Origin: Asterias rubens
Lineage: Eukaryota
Direction of reading: 5' to 3'
Assembly (NCBI RefSeq): GCF_902459465.1
Contig: NC_047071.1
Location: 4,030,001 to 4,094,000 of the forward strand
DNA: 64,000 nt
Below are positions 26,201 through 38,700 of the stretch, piece after piece (positions within the stretch are counted from its first letter, which is position 1; the number at the start of each line of letters is the position of its first letter). A program made the position numbers and the translations under genes. A model generated the notes under the pieces. It was given only the letters and a program-made list of their open reading frames with translations, searched no databases and was not told where the DNA came from.

Positions 26201-29200
26201 GAAGGCCAATTCATTATGGTTGGAGTGTCGTAGTTGAGGACATGTCGCGTGTCTATTTTCTTCCTCCATGGTATAAAGGGACCCAAACCGCTATACCAGA
26301 ACCCAAACTGTAACAACTTGTGTCCGTTGCGCTAAGCCCGCGCTCGGTCAAGAAACGCTTGTGAGACTCTGCTTTTTTACACCAGCCCAATGCCTGGTCG
26401 TATCTCCCCCCTACCCCGCCTCACCCCGCCCCAATAGAGCATCAAAGTTATACGCATAGAAACATGCTTTTTAAACAAAATGTGTATGATTTTTCCTGGG
26501 TGTTTTTTTCTCTCTTCCAAGAAGAGTTCAACTTAAACGATGCAAAATTGTATCGCGTGGCGCCGGTATCTGTCAATGTTAACGCTTCATGGCGAATGAA
26601 TCTTATTACTCCAGTCACTAGCCATTATTTCATTCGTTAAACCATCTCAGCTCCCTTGGGAGTATACAGTCTGTGCTGCCAAGTATGTAGCGCACCAAGC
26701 TAAGAGAGTCACAAGAAATACCATGCCTTCACATGTACCCATTTTACCTCCTGGTGAAGTGAGGCAATTATAATAGTTAAGTTTCTTGTCCAAGGACACA
26801 AAGTGTCACGACTGGGATTCAAACCTGCAACCCGACGACTTAAGCCTTGTTTATACTTCCTGCGAATGCGATACGATATTTTTTGCCGTCACAGCCCCTT
26901 TTCGCTGCAAATATTTTGCAGGAGTTGAGCACATTTCAACTGATGCAGATTATTAGAATTGGTGGTCACCAGAATTTTAGGCCGGTCATGATTCGCTTTA
27001 TAGTAATGAATATATCCCTTAATTTTGTACAAAACCCATCAGGAGAATAATGGGTATCTGCATAGGACATAATATGGTTTATGTTAGCAACCCGTGCGCC
27101 GTTTTGGCCGGGCTGCCGGTTTGCATACTCCACATCAGGAATTGAGAATGCTGAGGGCCCAAATGACAAGGGATGAGAAAGACATTCGATACAATGTTTT
27201 AAAGTGTCTAATAATCATTTATTAGTATTATTATTATCGTATTATTGATAATAAATCTTGAACACTGTATCTTTTTTTTCAAAGATTTGGTTTTTAAATT
27301 GGTAACTGATACACCAAACAGAGCAGTTTTCACGGCTGCCTTTTGATTCAAGTATTACTTTACCAAAAGTGTCTACGCCTCTTTTAATTCTCAATAAATA
27401 ATACGGCAACAATTTAATCAATGAAATGTTGCAGAGCGATTCCCCCTCAATCATTCTACCTCATTTTAATCGCTGGACGGCGCACGGCCTCATAAATTTA
27501 AGAACTTTACCCCCATTTAATAAGCCTTTGGAATTGACTTCACTACAGCGTCATGTGTTTGGCTCTAGGGGTGTGTTGACGAAACGAAACTGTTACTATT
27601 TTATCTTTCTTGTTGTATACTGTGGCACTTTTCCCTGTTATGAGCATTTTCACACCCCACGAGCGGGGAAAAGTGAACCAGGGCTAGCACGTGGCCCTCC
27701 ACTAAGCCGGTCACAATCACGGCAAAGCCCGGCCCGGGGCCCCAGTCATTTATTGTGGTATGACGGTCCATGGACGGTCAGAGTAATCAGAGCTAAGACC
27801 CGGGTTCGCTTAGCTTGCCAAGGGATGTTTAAACTTGTATTGTTCGGGCCAGCACACAATGAAATGGTGCGGCCAGAAGTCATGCACTCCAAGGCATCAT
27901 TACCTGTGATTAATGCTAGAAGTCGATCTTAAAATGTTCATTTCCTTTATGCTTTCTCTATATGAAAAGCTAGAACAGAAAAGTAATTGATTATTTCAGG
28001 GCAGATTTAGAGTTTTTTTCCTGCCCGTCTCTCTTTGGTAGACTCCGGGGTACGGGTCCCTTCCCCCCGAGGAAGGCTTGGACGTCAACGTTCCATCTGT
28101 CCCCGTCTTCTCGCGGTTATACCCGGTCAGCACTCATGCCTCGCTCCGCTGCCCTCATATGTAATACTCAACTTGAAATACACTTTAAACGACGTGTGAT
28201 TAGCTAAACATATATTTTATTTCAGCAAGACTACCCCCGTGTTATCAGTTCCAATTTAACAGCGAGAACAGTAAGCTGTAACTGATATCTTAATGGAATT
28301 ACTTCAAATTACCTGGACGATTTTCTCCGTTTTTACGGGCTTATCACGCAAATTAAACAGTATCATCTTACATGCCGAGCGCGCGTGGCATTAAATGAAT
28401 ATTATTCCAAAGTGATAGTGTAATGTGCATTGTCAGGAAATCTCAGTATAATGTCAAAAAAATAACCCAGATTCGACGCGAACTGATGACCATTATTCCA
28501 TCAGGAAATACAAGGAAACGCACTTGATTAATTGACGGACTATATAGGAGAGCACTTCGTTAACTTTCAAAATAATATACACTTTACATTAAGGTTCGGC
28601 CTCACTGGCACGGCCGCTTTCCGAAACGGGAATCAGACCGATTGAGTTACGACCAATTGGCAACTTGAAATCAACCCAACCCTATAAAAGGTCATTTCAA
28701 AATTATATTCTAAATTGTAAAGATATATTTCTGGAGTGTCTTTTCGACCGGCCATTGTAGACTTACCGCGGGGGGGGGGGGGGGGGGCGCATGGCTTCTT
28801 CTTTGAACCCACAGTTTATTTTAGAGTGTTTAAACAAGAGAGACACGGGAAAAGGAATACCATCGCATTGGGGGTCCGTCTTAGGTTTAAAGCAATAGAT
28901 ATTAACGTCTTCTAGAAGCCAAGTCGTATAGTATGCTTGCATTTTGAGTTAACATATTTTGCTCTTACATCCACCATTATGTCCTTTGCTCATTCCCAAT
29001 TTAAACCCAAGTACCCAACAACACCGTGTTGGCCTACTGACAACATCACAGATAATGGCACACAAAAAAAAGATCACAAAAGCAAGACTTCTAAATAATT
29101 TCGACACTTTAAAAACAGGATTTATTTTTGTTCTCCCGTTGTTTGGAACTAAATGTTTCAACCGTTTCCCCCCATAAGCGACGTCCTTTCTGGTTAAAAA

Positions 29201-30216
29201 AACGAAATTTCTCTCGGCTCGTTGAAACCGACAACCTTTGGCAACGTTCTCGGTGTTAAATGACTGTACAACAATTAGCAGTTACTCGTTGTAACATGCT
29301 GTTTAAAGACAATGCTCATCAGCTGGTGGAACTAGTTTTTTTCAGGAGATAACTCATCTTATATTTTGCTCTTTGTTTTTTTTCACAGAGCACCAACTGA
29401 GTACAGAGATCGAGATGAGACGCAATGCTTACCTCACGGCACAACAGAAGTATAGAGGTATGCAAAAACATAACACTAATGTTTATCCACTGCAAACAAA
29501 CCGAGGTGTTAAAACTGCACCATGGGTGCTGTCACAATATTGATATCTAAAAAGGAACACAATTTACACCACACGGTGTTAAAATAACACCCATTTCAGC
29601 GATTTTTTACAGTGATGTTTTGTTTCTTTCACACTGGTGTTTGTTTGGTTCTCTCTTTGGTATTTTTAAGTGACAACACCAATAACGTGAATAGAATGCT
29701 TACACCACAAAATCTTTAACAACAATCAAGCTTGACAACAACGCCATTATGAGGTTAATTTAGATTCTCTCTTTAATATTAATGATATGTGAAAACACCC
29801 ATGGTGTCATTTGAACACCGAAAGCTTTTTTAACCCTGCGCTAAAACAAATTCAGTTGAGAAAAAGGAATCGTCAGAGTTTAGTACAAGATATGTTTCCT
29901 ATTTACAATGATTGGGATGTACGTTATGAGTACCAGCATCAGACAAAATATGTCACATGCAAAATGTGAATGGTATCTTGCTCAATCTTTCTTTAACAGT
30001 AGAACATTTCAAAGCAATATCCTCCGGTTGTGATATTTGGCCCTCACCTTTTGAGAGCTTTTTCAATAAAGAATCCCTTAAAATACCTTTGTTTTCGAGA
30101 ATCTTCAATGGTTCCCTTATTTATTCCCATCTATTATTTCTTCCGCAGAGAACCAGGGAGCCCTCAACCACTTTTCCCGCCATATTTTGTCTTCGCACGG
30201 CACATGCATGGACTGA
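20256..30216 (+). CDS. SKOR: SKI family transcriptional corepressor (SKOR1/2, Fussel/CORL orthologue), about 708 aa, 5 coding exons
   Basis: Exons 20256-22025, 23194-23335, 24922-24999, 29389-29457 and 30149-30216 are all GT-AG with compatible phases (0,1,1,1). Exon 1 has the Ski/Sno/Dac domain with the SKOR signature FSYNEIHNRRVALGITCVQCTPVQLEILRR and the SAND-like SMAD-binding domain (CIRCSYC...FIFHAH). The last exons give EQQYRRNVVAHQLIAR, EHQLSTEIEMRRNAYLTAQQKYR and ENQGALNHFSRHIL, resembling the vertebrate SKOR C-terminal coiled coil as I recall it. Exon 2 is supported by splice sites and phase only. Confidence 0.93.
26620..26830 (-). mobile_element. tRNA-derived SINE copy in SKOR intron 3
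   Basis: Reverse-strand GGTTTGAATCCCAGTCGTGACAC and SINE body. Confidence 0.65.
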
Positions 30217-31256
30217 CCGTCTGCGAAGTAACCCGATGTGGACAAGTTAACTTAGTTCTTACCCGTCAGTGTTCACTCGTTCAAACAATTCTCGTCATTA
30301 TCGACCGCTCTGGGCCCAATTTCATAAAAACTTGCTAAGCACAGACACATTTTGCTTAACAGAAACTGGTTGCCAGCCCAAATTCCATAAAACACCCACA
30401 CAAACCAAAGAAAACAGTACTTCATTTATTCATTCCTACTAAAACATTTGAATTCACTAAAATGTAACGGTTCAAAAGTCAGCCATAAATAAAAATGGCT
30501 GGCGACTTTTTGAAGTAACCAGTTTACTAAAAAGCATCGATCAATGTTTAAACATTCTCTTTTGAAAAGAGATTGTCGCAAAAGCTTTGTCTGTAAAATT
30601 GTAGCCCACTAAATTGTTAATGACAGAAATTATAAGCACTTAAGGTTTGCATAATTAATATCTGTTTTACGCCTCATGTACTAAGATGTGTTCACAGGGT
30701 AGGCTACTAAAATGAATTCAACGAAGTGATTTAAATGGTGTCTTCTCTATACATGTATACACATTTCGTAAAAAATATAAACCAAAGACGAAAACCCAGA
30801 CCAATATACATTGTAGTAAGTAGATCCATGAAAGCACCCAACAAATTAAAAAAACTGCGTTTTAGCACAAAACCCAAGTTTGATTAGGTGAAATCTACAC
30901 ACCAAGAATGCTTTAATATTGGTTTTGTCTGTAATTGTGTTGTATTATACTTGTAGTCTACACTGTACGTTCTTCAATGTATATTACTTTTTCACTTAAT
31001 CAGTGTTGATGTTGGCTCAATTAAGGCCTTTTTAACTTAAAAAGTCATTTTCATAATACTTTAAACGATCTGTACATAATTGTGAATAGTAACATATTAG
31101 GTTATTAATTATCTAACTTGTCTACCCAATTCTGTAAAGTATCAGTTATGATGTTCGACACGATTAATTGTGTTTGACCACCTATTTCGACTTTTAAAAC
31201 ATATCTCGTAAACTGTGTTCGACACATACCCTTTTGACCGACCCATCATGTCCACC

Positions 31257-31719
31257 ATGCAATTATGTCCTCTATGCAATGCTATCCGGAGGACATTATT
31301 GCATATGCAATAATGTCCGCCGGACGGTTTTGCATATGCAATCGTGTCCGCCCGGACGCTGCTGCATAATGCCATTGTGTCCGCCCGGACACATTTGCAT
31401 ATGCAGTTGTGTCCGCCCCATGCAAAACCGTCCTTGCAGTAAATTAAACGCCCTTGGTTGACGGAACACGCTCGCCACAAGCCAAGTGTGTGTCATGAAT
31501 GACATGGGAAAATGTTCGGCCGTTGGGTATTCGCTGCAATCATAAAAATACGAGAATAATCATGCTGCATAAACATTACGTATGTTCAGTGCATGCACGC
31601 TCGCTTACGTACACGTACTGTACAGTCGCCCACCGGACTGTTTTTGCATAGCCCCGGACACGATTGCATATGCCAAAGTGTCCGGAGCGGACAGTATTGC
31701 ATGGAGGACACAATTGCAT
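31257..31719. mobile_element. Foldback element with TGTCCGCCCGGAC/TGCATATGCA subterminal repeats
   Basis: 24-bp TIR ATGCAATTATGTCCTCTATGCAAT / ATTGCATGGAGGACACAATTGCAT, with repeated units of about 27 bp in both arms. Confidence 0.65.
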
Positions 31720-31856
31720 CTGACACCGGTCCACTGCACCCGACAAATCAATCTGTCAGACATTATGGCCCCTGTCGAACATAGTGGCCCGACACAGTGA
31801 CCGACACAGTCTCAAATGCATACGTCTCAAAAGATGCACTGGTACCATTATGTTTC

Positions 31857-32102
31857 TTAAAGGAACACGTTGCCCTGGATCGGACGAGTTGGTGTATAAA
31901 AAGCGTTTGTAACCCTTTTTTATATAAAATGCATATGGTTGGAAAGATGTTTTAAAAGTAGAATACAATGATCCACACAAATTTGCCTCAAAATTGCGTG
32001 GTTTTCCTTTCCCTACCCATATGCATTTTTAAAAAAGAAAAAACGGTTACAAACGCTTTTCAAAGACAAACTTGACCGATCCAAGGCAACGTGTTCCTTT
32101 AA
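31857..32102. mobile_element. TTAA-flanked MITE family C (AGGAACACGTTGCC TIR)
   Basis: TTAA|AGGAACACGTTGCCCTGGATCGG...CCGATCCAAGGCAACGTGTTCCT|TTAA; a partial copy lies at about 740-810. Confidence 0.8.
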
Positions 32103-32758
32103 GGCACCCGTCAAATAAACGATTATAGCACTTTTCTATAAACCGTCCCATGCTTGTAAAATTGTGTTTTTAGCACCTCTGAACAGTTTTGGATATGATG
32201 TCCAGCAAATTATGATGACTCTAGGTTGACTTAGAAGGTTGCAACATTTGCGGATAATAACAAGGTTCATATACAACAGCAGTATAATGGTGATTTTTTT
32301 CCCGAGACTTATCTCATTATCGTCAGGTTTTACCCGACACGAAAAGCACACAAAAAGGAAAAACGAGAAATCTCTATGGAAAAGTGTTGTTCAAAAGTTT
32401 ATTATTTTAAATGTATATTTTTCCATTACCCTTATATTGTTATCATTCACTTAATTTTATGTTGCAATAAAAATAACATGTCATGTAATTATGTATAAGA
32501 CAATAAATCAATGACAGGTCCTGTATGTGCAATCCGTGTATTAAACTATAAGTCATTAAACTGTTTCTTTTAAGCACATTTATGGGGGAAAAAAATCTAA
32601 CATGTTTGAAACAAACCAAAAAACAACAAATAACCAATTATTACTTTCGAAAATAATATACAAATCATAAGCAGTCACCATGGTTTCAGAAAGGAACGAA
32701 TTAAAACAATTCATGAAATGTCTCTCAAAATTGTCATATGGAATAATTCTACACTACT

Positions 32759-33146
32759 TTAAAGGCAGTGGACACTATTGGTAATTACTCAAAATAATTA
32801 TCATCATAAAACCTTTCTTGATTACAAGTAATGGGGAGAGGTTGATGGTATAAAACATTGTGAGAAACATCTCCCTCTGAAGTGACGTAGTTTTTGAGAA
32901 AGAAGTAATTTTCCACGAATTTGATTTCGAGACCTCAGAATTAGAACTTGAGGTCTCGAAATCAACCGTCTATAAACGCACACAACTTCGTGTGACAAGG
33001 TTTTATTTTTCTTTCATTATTATCTCGCAACTTCGACGACCGATTAAGCTCAAATTTTCACAGGTTTGTTACTTGATGCATATGATGAGATACACCAACT
33101 GTGAAGGCTAGCCTTTGACAACTACCAATAGTGTCCAGTGTCTAAA
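32759..33146. mobile_element. MITE family A copy
   Basis: TTAA|AGGCAGTGGACAC left end, family core, right TIR. Confidence 0.85.
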
Positions 33147-34443
33147 AAAAATATGATGTTGATGAAAAATATAATTACGCAGCTTCATGCAATTTTACAA
33201 AAACCGAAAATGTTAAATACATATTCTTCAGAGTGAAGCAAGGAGGCCAAAAGTTGCCTAATATTTACAAAAAACAAAAGAAGTCAACAATACAGTTGTT
33301 AATGTTGTAGACAAATACACGCTCTAAAGGGAAGATTTCAATACAGTGCAGAAAAATTATTATTGCTCAAGTTAAAATAAACTTTTCATTTAAGATTAGG
33401 AAAAAAGTGTTTAAGAAATTTGAAAGATGTAATGAACAGCCTGCTTGGTTGTTATCTATTCAAATAAGTTGCTGGTGTAATTTCTCGCATTTGAGCTGTC
33501 ATAGAAGAAGCACTTTAATAACCACATCGCTTTTCAAAGATCACCAAGCTTAAAGGCAGAGGCATATGAACATTTCGCCTGGTTCGGTTTCCAGGCATGT
33601 ATGCTTCATATTTGAAAGGGCAAGGGCACCAAGGCATTTTCTCCTAGGAAAGGGCACCCTATAAGAGGCAATTGTAAATTTCTACTGTAGCATTTCAAGG
33701 GCACCAAGGCATTGACCAGGGGCATTGAGACAATCGTCTTTGTTGCCTCCATGAAGTAACAGGCATGGGTTTAAATACCTTGGTTTAAGATAGCTTAGGT
33801 GAAAGTAAGACAGTGCCTATGCATCTACATGTCGGGGTAACAATGGTCCCCTTTTTAAGAAAGAAAATCATCAATTTCTTTGGCAACTACAAGAAACATC
33901 AATATGAAGCTGCATTGGCTAAGGCTACGGCAGAGACAGCATTGAAGGATCCAGCCCTAGCCACTGCCTAAGCTGTAAATTCAGAAATGGCCATACAGTA
34001 TACACACCCCCCTCTACTGTCCCCTCATTGCAATATCAATCTTGAAGAAAAACTGTTGAACTGAGTATTATTCTAGAGGCAAACCAAAATTATCAACAAT
34101 AAAACAAACTACGAAACAGTTGCCCTTTAGAACCTCACAATAAAAAATAAAAATAAGCAAAAACAAAACACACAAGGAAGTAGTGGCCTTTAAACTTCAG
34201 CCTTGCCACCACCCCCCCCCCCCCCTCCCCCCAAACAAAGGTACACACACATCAGACCTTGAATTACCTGCAGGCCACCCAGGCCATAGACCTTTTTTCG
34301 CAATTACCCATTGCTCGAACGCTAATTGTTGAATGAGGTGTATGCTGGTCTAGCGTAACCGCTTGCTAGACCAGCATACACCTCATTCCAAACCTAATAT
34401 GCCCATACTGAGTAACGAGTGCGATAAGGTCTGTGCCCTCCTG

Positions 34444-34686
34444 AGTCCAATTTCATAGAGCTGCTAAGCACAACAATTTGCTTAGCATGAAATTTCTTCC
34501 TTGATAAAAAAAAACAGGATTACCAACCAAACTTCCATTTGTTGCATTGTTTTTACTGGTATTGTAAGCTGTTCTTTGCTTATCCTGAAAGTCACGTTGA
34601 AATTTGGTTGGTAATCCTGTTTTTATCTTTGAAGAAATTTCATGCTTAGCAAATTTTTGTGCTTAGCAGCTTTATGAAATTGAGCC
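34444..34686. mobile_element. MITE family F copy
   Basis: CTG TSD on both sides, TIRs present. Confidence 0.8.
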
Positions 34687-35784
34687 CTGGTCTTAGCCTT
34701 GGTGCCTCATCAAAAGTTTCCCGTGTACTTTAAGATTTGTCAATGGAAGTGCCCTTTATGTGCATGCCCTTTAAAAGATGAACTTCCTTGGCTGACACAT
34801 GTATAAACATACAAATTTATATAACACTAATATTTCAAAGTGGAAAACAGTGCCCAGTTAGATTGTGCAAGAATGCTAATATTGTACATTGAGTCAATCA
34901 ACAACGACAAGAGTGCACTGTCCTTCTTGATCAATGCCTGTTATCTCTCCCAGACAGTTCTTACAAAACAGTGGTTCATTAATGGTGAATGGTATTGAAG
35001 ATTGCAATACAGTCTGCAAGACAAGAAGAATACCTATATCAAATTCCATTCAGCCAAGCTCACTCATCTAAAAACAGCATCCCATTGTTCGGATAAAAGT
35101 GGAAACATGTAGAAGTGTCTAAATAATGTCATTTCTAGACGTTTTTGTTTTTGCTTATTCAGTGATCTCCAATGAATAGACCCTGCGAAGTAGTCCCAAT
35201 ATCATTAGACATATTTCAGAAGGCTCAATTTGCTCAAGACAGTTGTCTAACAGGCAAAGACAATGCACACTGCAGTGGTCTGAACTCTAAAAGTGCAAGG
35301 CCGCTGTAGATCTTGGTAAAAGTTAGAGAGCTGATGATGTATTTATCTCTACATTAGATTTGTAAAAAATTTGATATACTTAAAAAACAGAAACAAAAAA
35401 ACCTAAAAGTGCAAGGCCGTTGCAGATGATATTATTTGTAAAAGTTAGAGAGCCGATGATATATCTATCCTCAAAAGAGCTTTGTCAAAGATTTGAAGAA
35501 AAAAACCAACATCCAAAAAAGGGGAGGCTCCTCACTTTCTAAAGAGGGCTTCATTAAATTTGACGCAGAAAGAAAAAACACCCCGTCAACAAAATAAATC
35601 GTCAACAGCCGGAACTGTTCACATTAGTTGCGCGTTGATGTGACGACGAGACATGTCAGATGATATCTTTAATTAGGAAAATTAACCGAGGCCAAACACC
35701 ATTAGGAGTCGGCAACGACAGGATAAAAGAGAAAAACCTTGGAATGATAATGACGCTCCGATATGCGTATATTTATTACTGGAA

Positions 35785-38700
35785 CTAATCGCTGTCTTCA
35801 TCGTTTAAGTAGTCCTCATCATCCAACCCTGTAAAACAAATCATTCCAAATTATTCATAAAATGTATTATACAGGATTGGTAGAGCCGAAAAAAATAGTC
35901 GCAGACAGTGTTCATGTTTTGTGTGATCAACCACATACATAAAGTAACGAACCTGTGAAAATTTAGGCAAAAAGGCAGTGGACACTATTGGTATTTTTTT
36001 TTCAAAATAATTGTTAGCATTACTTGGTAATGAGTAATGAAGAGCTGTTCAAAAGTATAAAACATTATGAGAAACGGCTCCCTCTGAAGCAAGTTTTTGA
36101 GAAAGATAAAATATTTGAATTGAATTCAAGACCTCAGCTGAGGTCCCGAATTCAAGCATCTGAAAGCTCACAACTTGTGCGACAAGGGTCTTTTTTCTTC
36201 CATTATTCTCTCGCAACTTGGACAACCAATTGAGTTCAAATTTTCACAGGTTTGTTACTTTATGCATATTTTGAGATATACAAGTGAGAAGACTGGTCTT
36301 TGACAACTACCAAAGGTGTCCACTGCTTTTAAAGGGTTTGGGTACCTTTAGTAGCAAAATTTTATTTTGTTACTATTGTTGTTATTATTAAAATCAAACA
36401 ACAAATTGTGTATGATCTTTCTCTTTAGGGTTACATTTTGTTAATACATATACTTGCTTGCAATTTCACAACTGTTTTATTTATTGAGTGCGAAGACACC
36501 AAAATTAATCACGGTTGTTCACTTCATTAAAATAGAAGAGGAGAATTGTTTATTTGGTGTGAAGTCAAACGTGACTACTCTCTGAACCAAGGTCAGCCCT
36601 TTTGCGAGTGACAACTTGCATGAATTTTAAAGATAATTTCAAAGCTGCTAAATGAGGCACACTGTACAATTACACATGGGGAATTGACTCCCTTAGTGGC
36701 ACAACTTAGGTGTAACAATGATTTAATAATAAATAGTTTTTTTTATAGCACTTTATCTACGAGCATCTTAAAGAGCTTGTCATTTCCAGACAGGTTTTTT
36801 ATGAATTATGAGACCCATTTATGTAACCCATTGTAAGTGTTAACAAGATGCTGTGGTGCATTCAGCAGCCACTGCCAGAAACACCCGCCGTCGATTTCAC
36901 AAAGAGTTAGGACTCGTCTTATCTCGAGTCAGGACGAGTAACTCAACCTAACTTAAGATTAATCTTAAGGTCTGCATGCTACAGTGCAGGGTTGGGACTC
37001 GTCCTAAGTCCTACGATTAATCTTAAGTTAGGAAGAGTTTTGTGAAATCGACGACAGGGCAGACCCCTTCTCTTAGTGATAGGTGTCACTGGGTTCTTTT
37101 CCGTGCAGTACACAACAAATGGGCCATGGCCTTTCATCCCATCCAACGGAGTGTCAAGACCGGGACTTGAACCCACACCAACACAATGCTGATCAGAATC
37201 ACCAGAGCTTGAGTCCATCCGTTGATTTCACAAAACTCTTCTTAACTTAGGATTAATCTTATGACTAAGGACGAGTCCCAACCCTGCACTGTAGCATGCA
37301 GACCTTAAGATTTATCCCAACTCGAGATAAGACGAGACCTAACTCTTTGTGAAATCGACGGCAATAATCTTGACTGCTCGCGCCACGAGATGATGGCAGG
37401 TAAATTTGGTCAACAGGAAACAATTATGAATACAACAAGGCTACAGCATTTTCATTTCATTTATTCGTGCTAGGAAGCGAAGGAATATCAGAAAATCAAA
37501 CTTAATCACTGTACTAGCCAAGATACTAGCCAAGAACCCAATGGAGAGAAGATAAGGGAGGAAGTTCCTAGATGTGAGAGGAAAACCCAAAAGTACTGTT
37601 CTATTCCAAGGGAAATCCCAAGCAGTCAAGTAGGGACTGAAAACCCAATCCACATATTGCCCTCGGCATGGTACGAACCGGGGTCCTGGAGGTGTAAGGC
37701 AAGGATAACACTACACCAACCCGACCACCCGGGGCCTTTCTCAAACCACGGCTTGGGCTCCGGCTCAGGCTTAGGCTCCGCGCACTGTATACGCATCTCG
37801 GCCTTTAACCTGCATTTTTAGCGCGTGTTGCTGCTTGTACCTGCGCGCGGAGCCTGAGCTGGAGCCTAAGCCGAGGTTTGAGAAAGGCCCCCGATAAAGG
37901 GCTACAGCAAGACTACAACATGACCCCAGCATGAAAGTGAGACTTACTTGATGTGTAAGGTGCAAGGAGAGCAGCGGTTTCTGGGTCCTTTGCTGCAAGT
38001 TCTTGTGCTATTTTATCTGCTTTATTCTTTATATTTGTACGGGCACCTAAAGAAAAGAAAAAAAGAACAACAAACAATTTATAAACACCTTACCAAAGTG
38101 GGCAAAGCAATTTTTTATGCCAAAAATTATTTTGAGTAATTACCAATAATGTCCAGTGCCTTATTCATTTTATTGAACACAGGAATTTCTTATGATGGAA
38201 ACTTGAAAATCCTGTCAATACCTAGAGTCATACAAATATAAACAAAGTCCATACATTTAATTTTTTTCATGAAAAAAACTTCAGAATAAACTGGCTCAAT
38301 GCCTTTTTCTTTAATGTTTTGATATTAATTTGCTATTCAAAATTTAATTGGTGACAGTCCATGTGAAGGGGTAATGGCTTACAGTAGAATAACGTTAAAC
38401 TTACACTTGTTCCTCAATTGAAGAAATATCTGTTACACATGAACAATAAACATTGAACAAACCATCATGGACAATATGCATTTTATCCCTCATTTTATTT
38501 CACTTGGTTTTAGTTTAATTAGTTTGGCGTTTCCTTGTGGAAAAGGGAACTAGGTCACTTCAGTGTGGGATATGAGTCAACAAAGGACAGTTATCAAATT
38601 TTTATTAGTCATGCTTTGTGGGTTGAAAAATGTGTGCTAAAATTTTAATTTTTTTTTAAAAGTTCTAATAAAGCGTTTTATCACACACTTTATTTGGTTT

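Noticed and set aside
27426-27932. 168-aa ORF inside SKOR intron 3
   Set aside because: TTG start and no domain. The SKOR model is complete and in phase without it, so this is more likely GC-richer regulatory sequence.
1-31000. PTF1A-RBPJ composite site (E-box plus TTTCCC) around SKOR, expected from vertebrate Skor regulation
   Set aside because: Several CAGCTG boxes are present but I found none with a TC-box at 4-5 nt spacing. A motif scan would be needed to exclude it fully.
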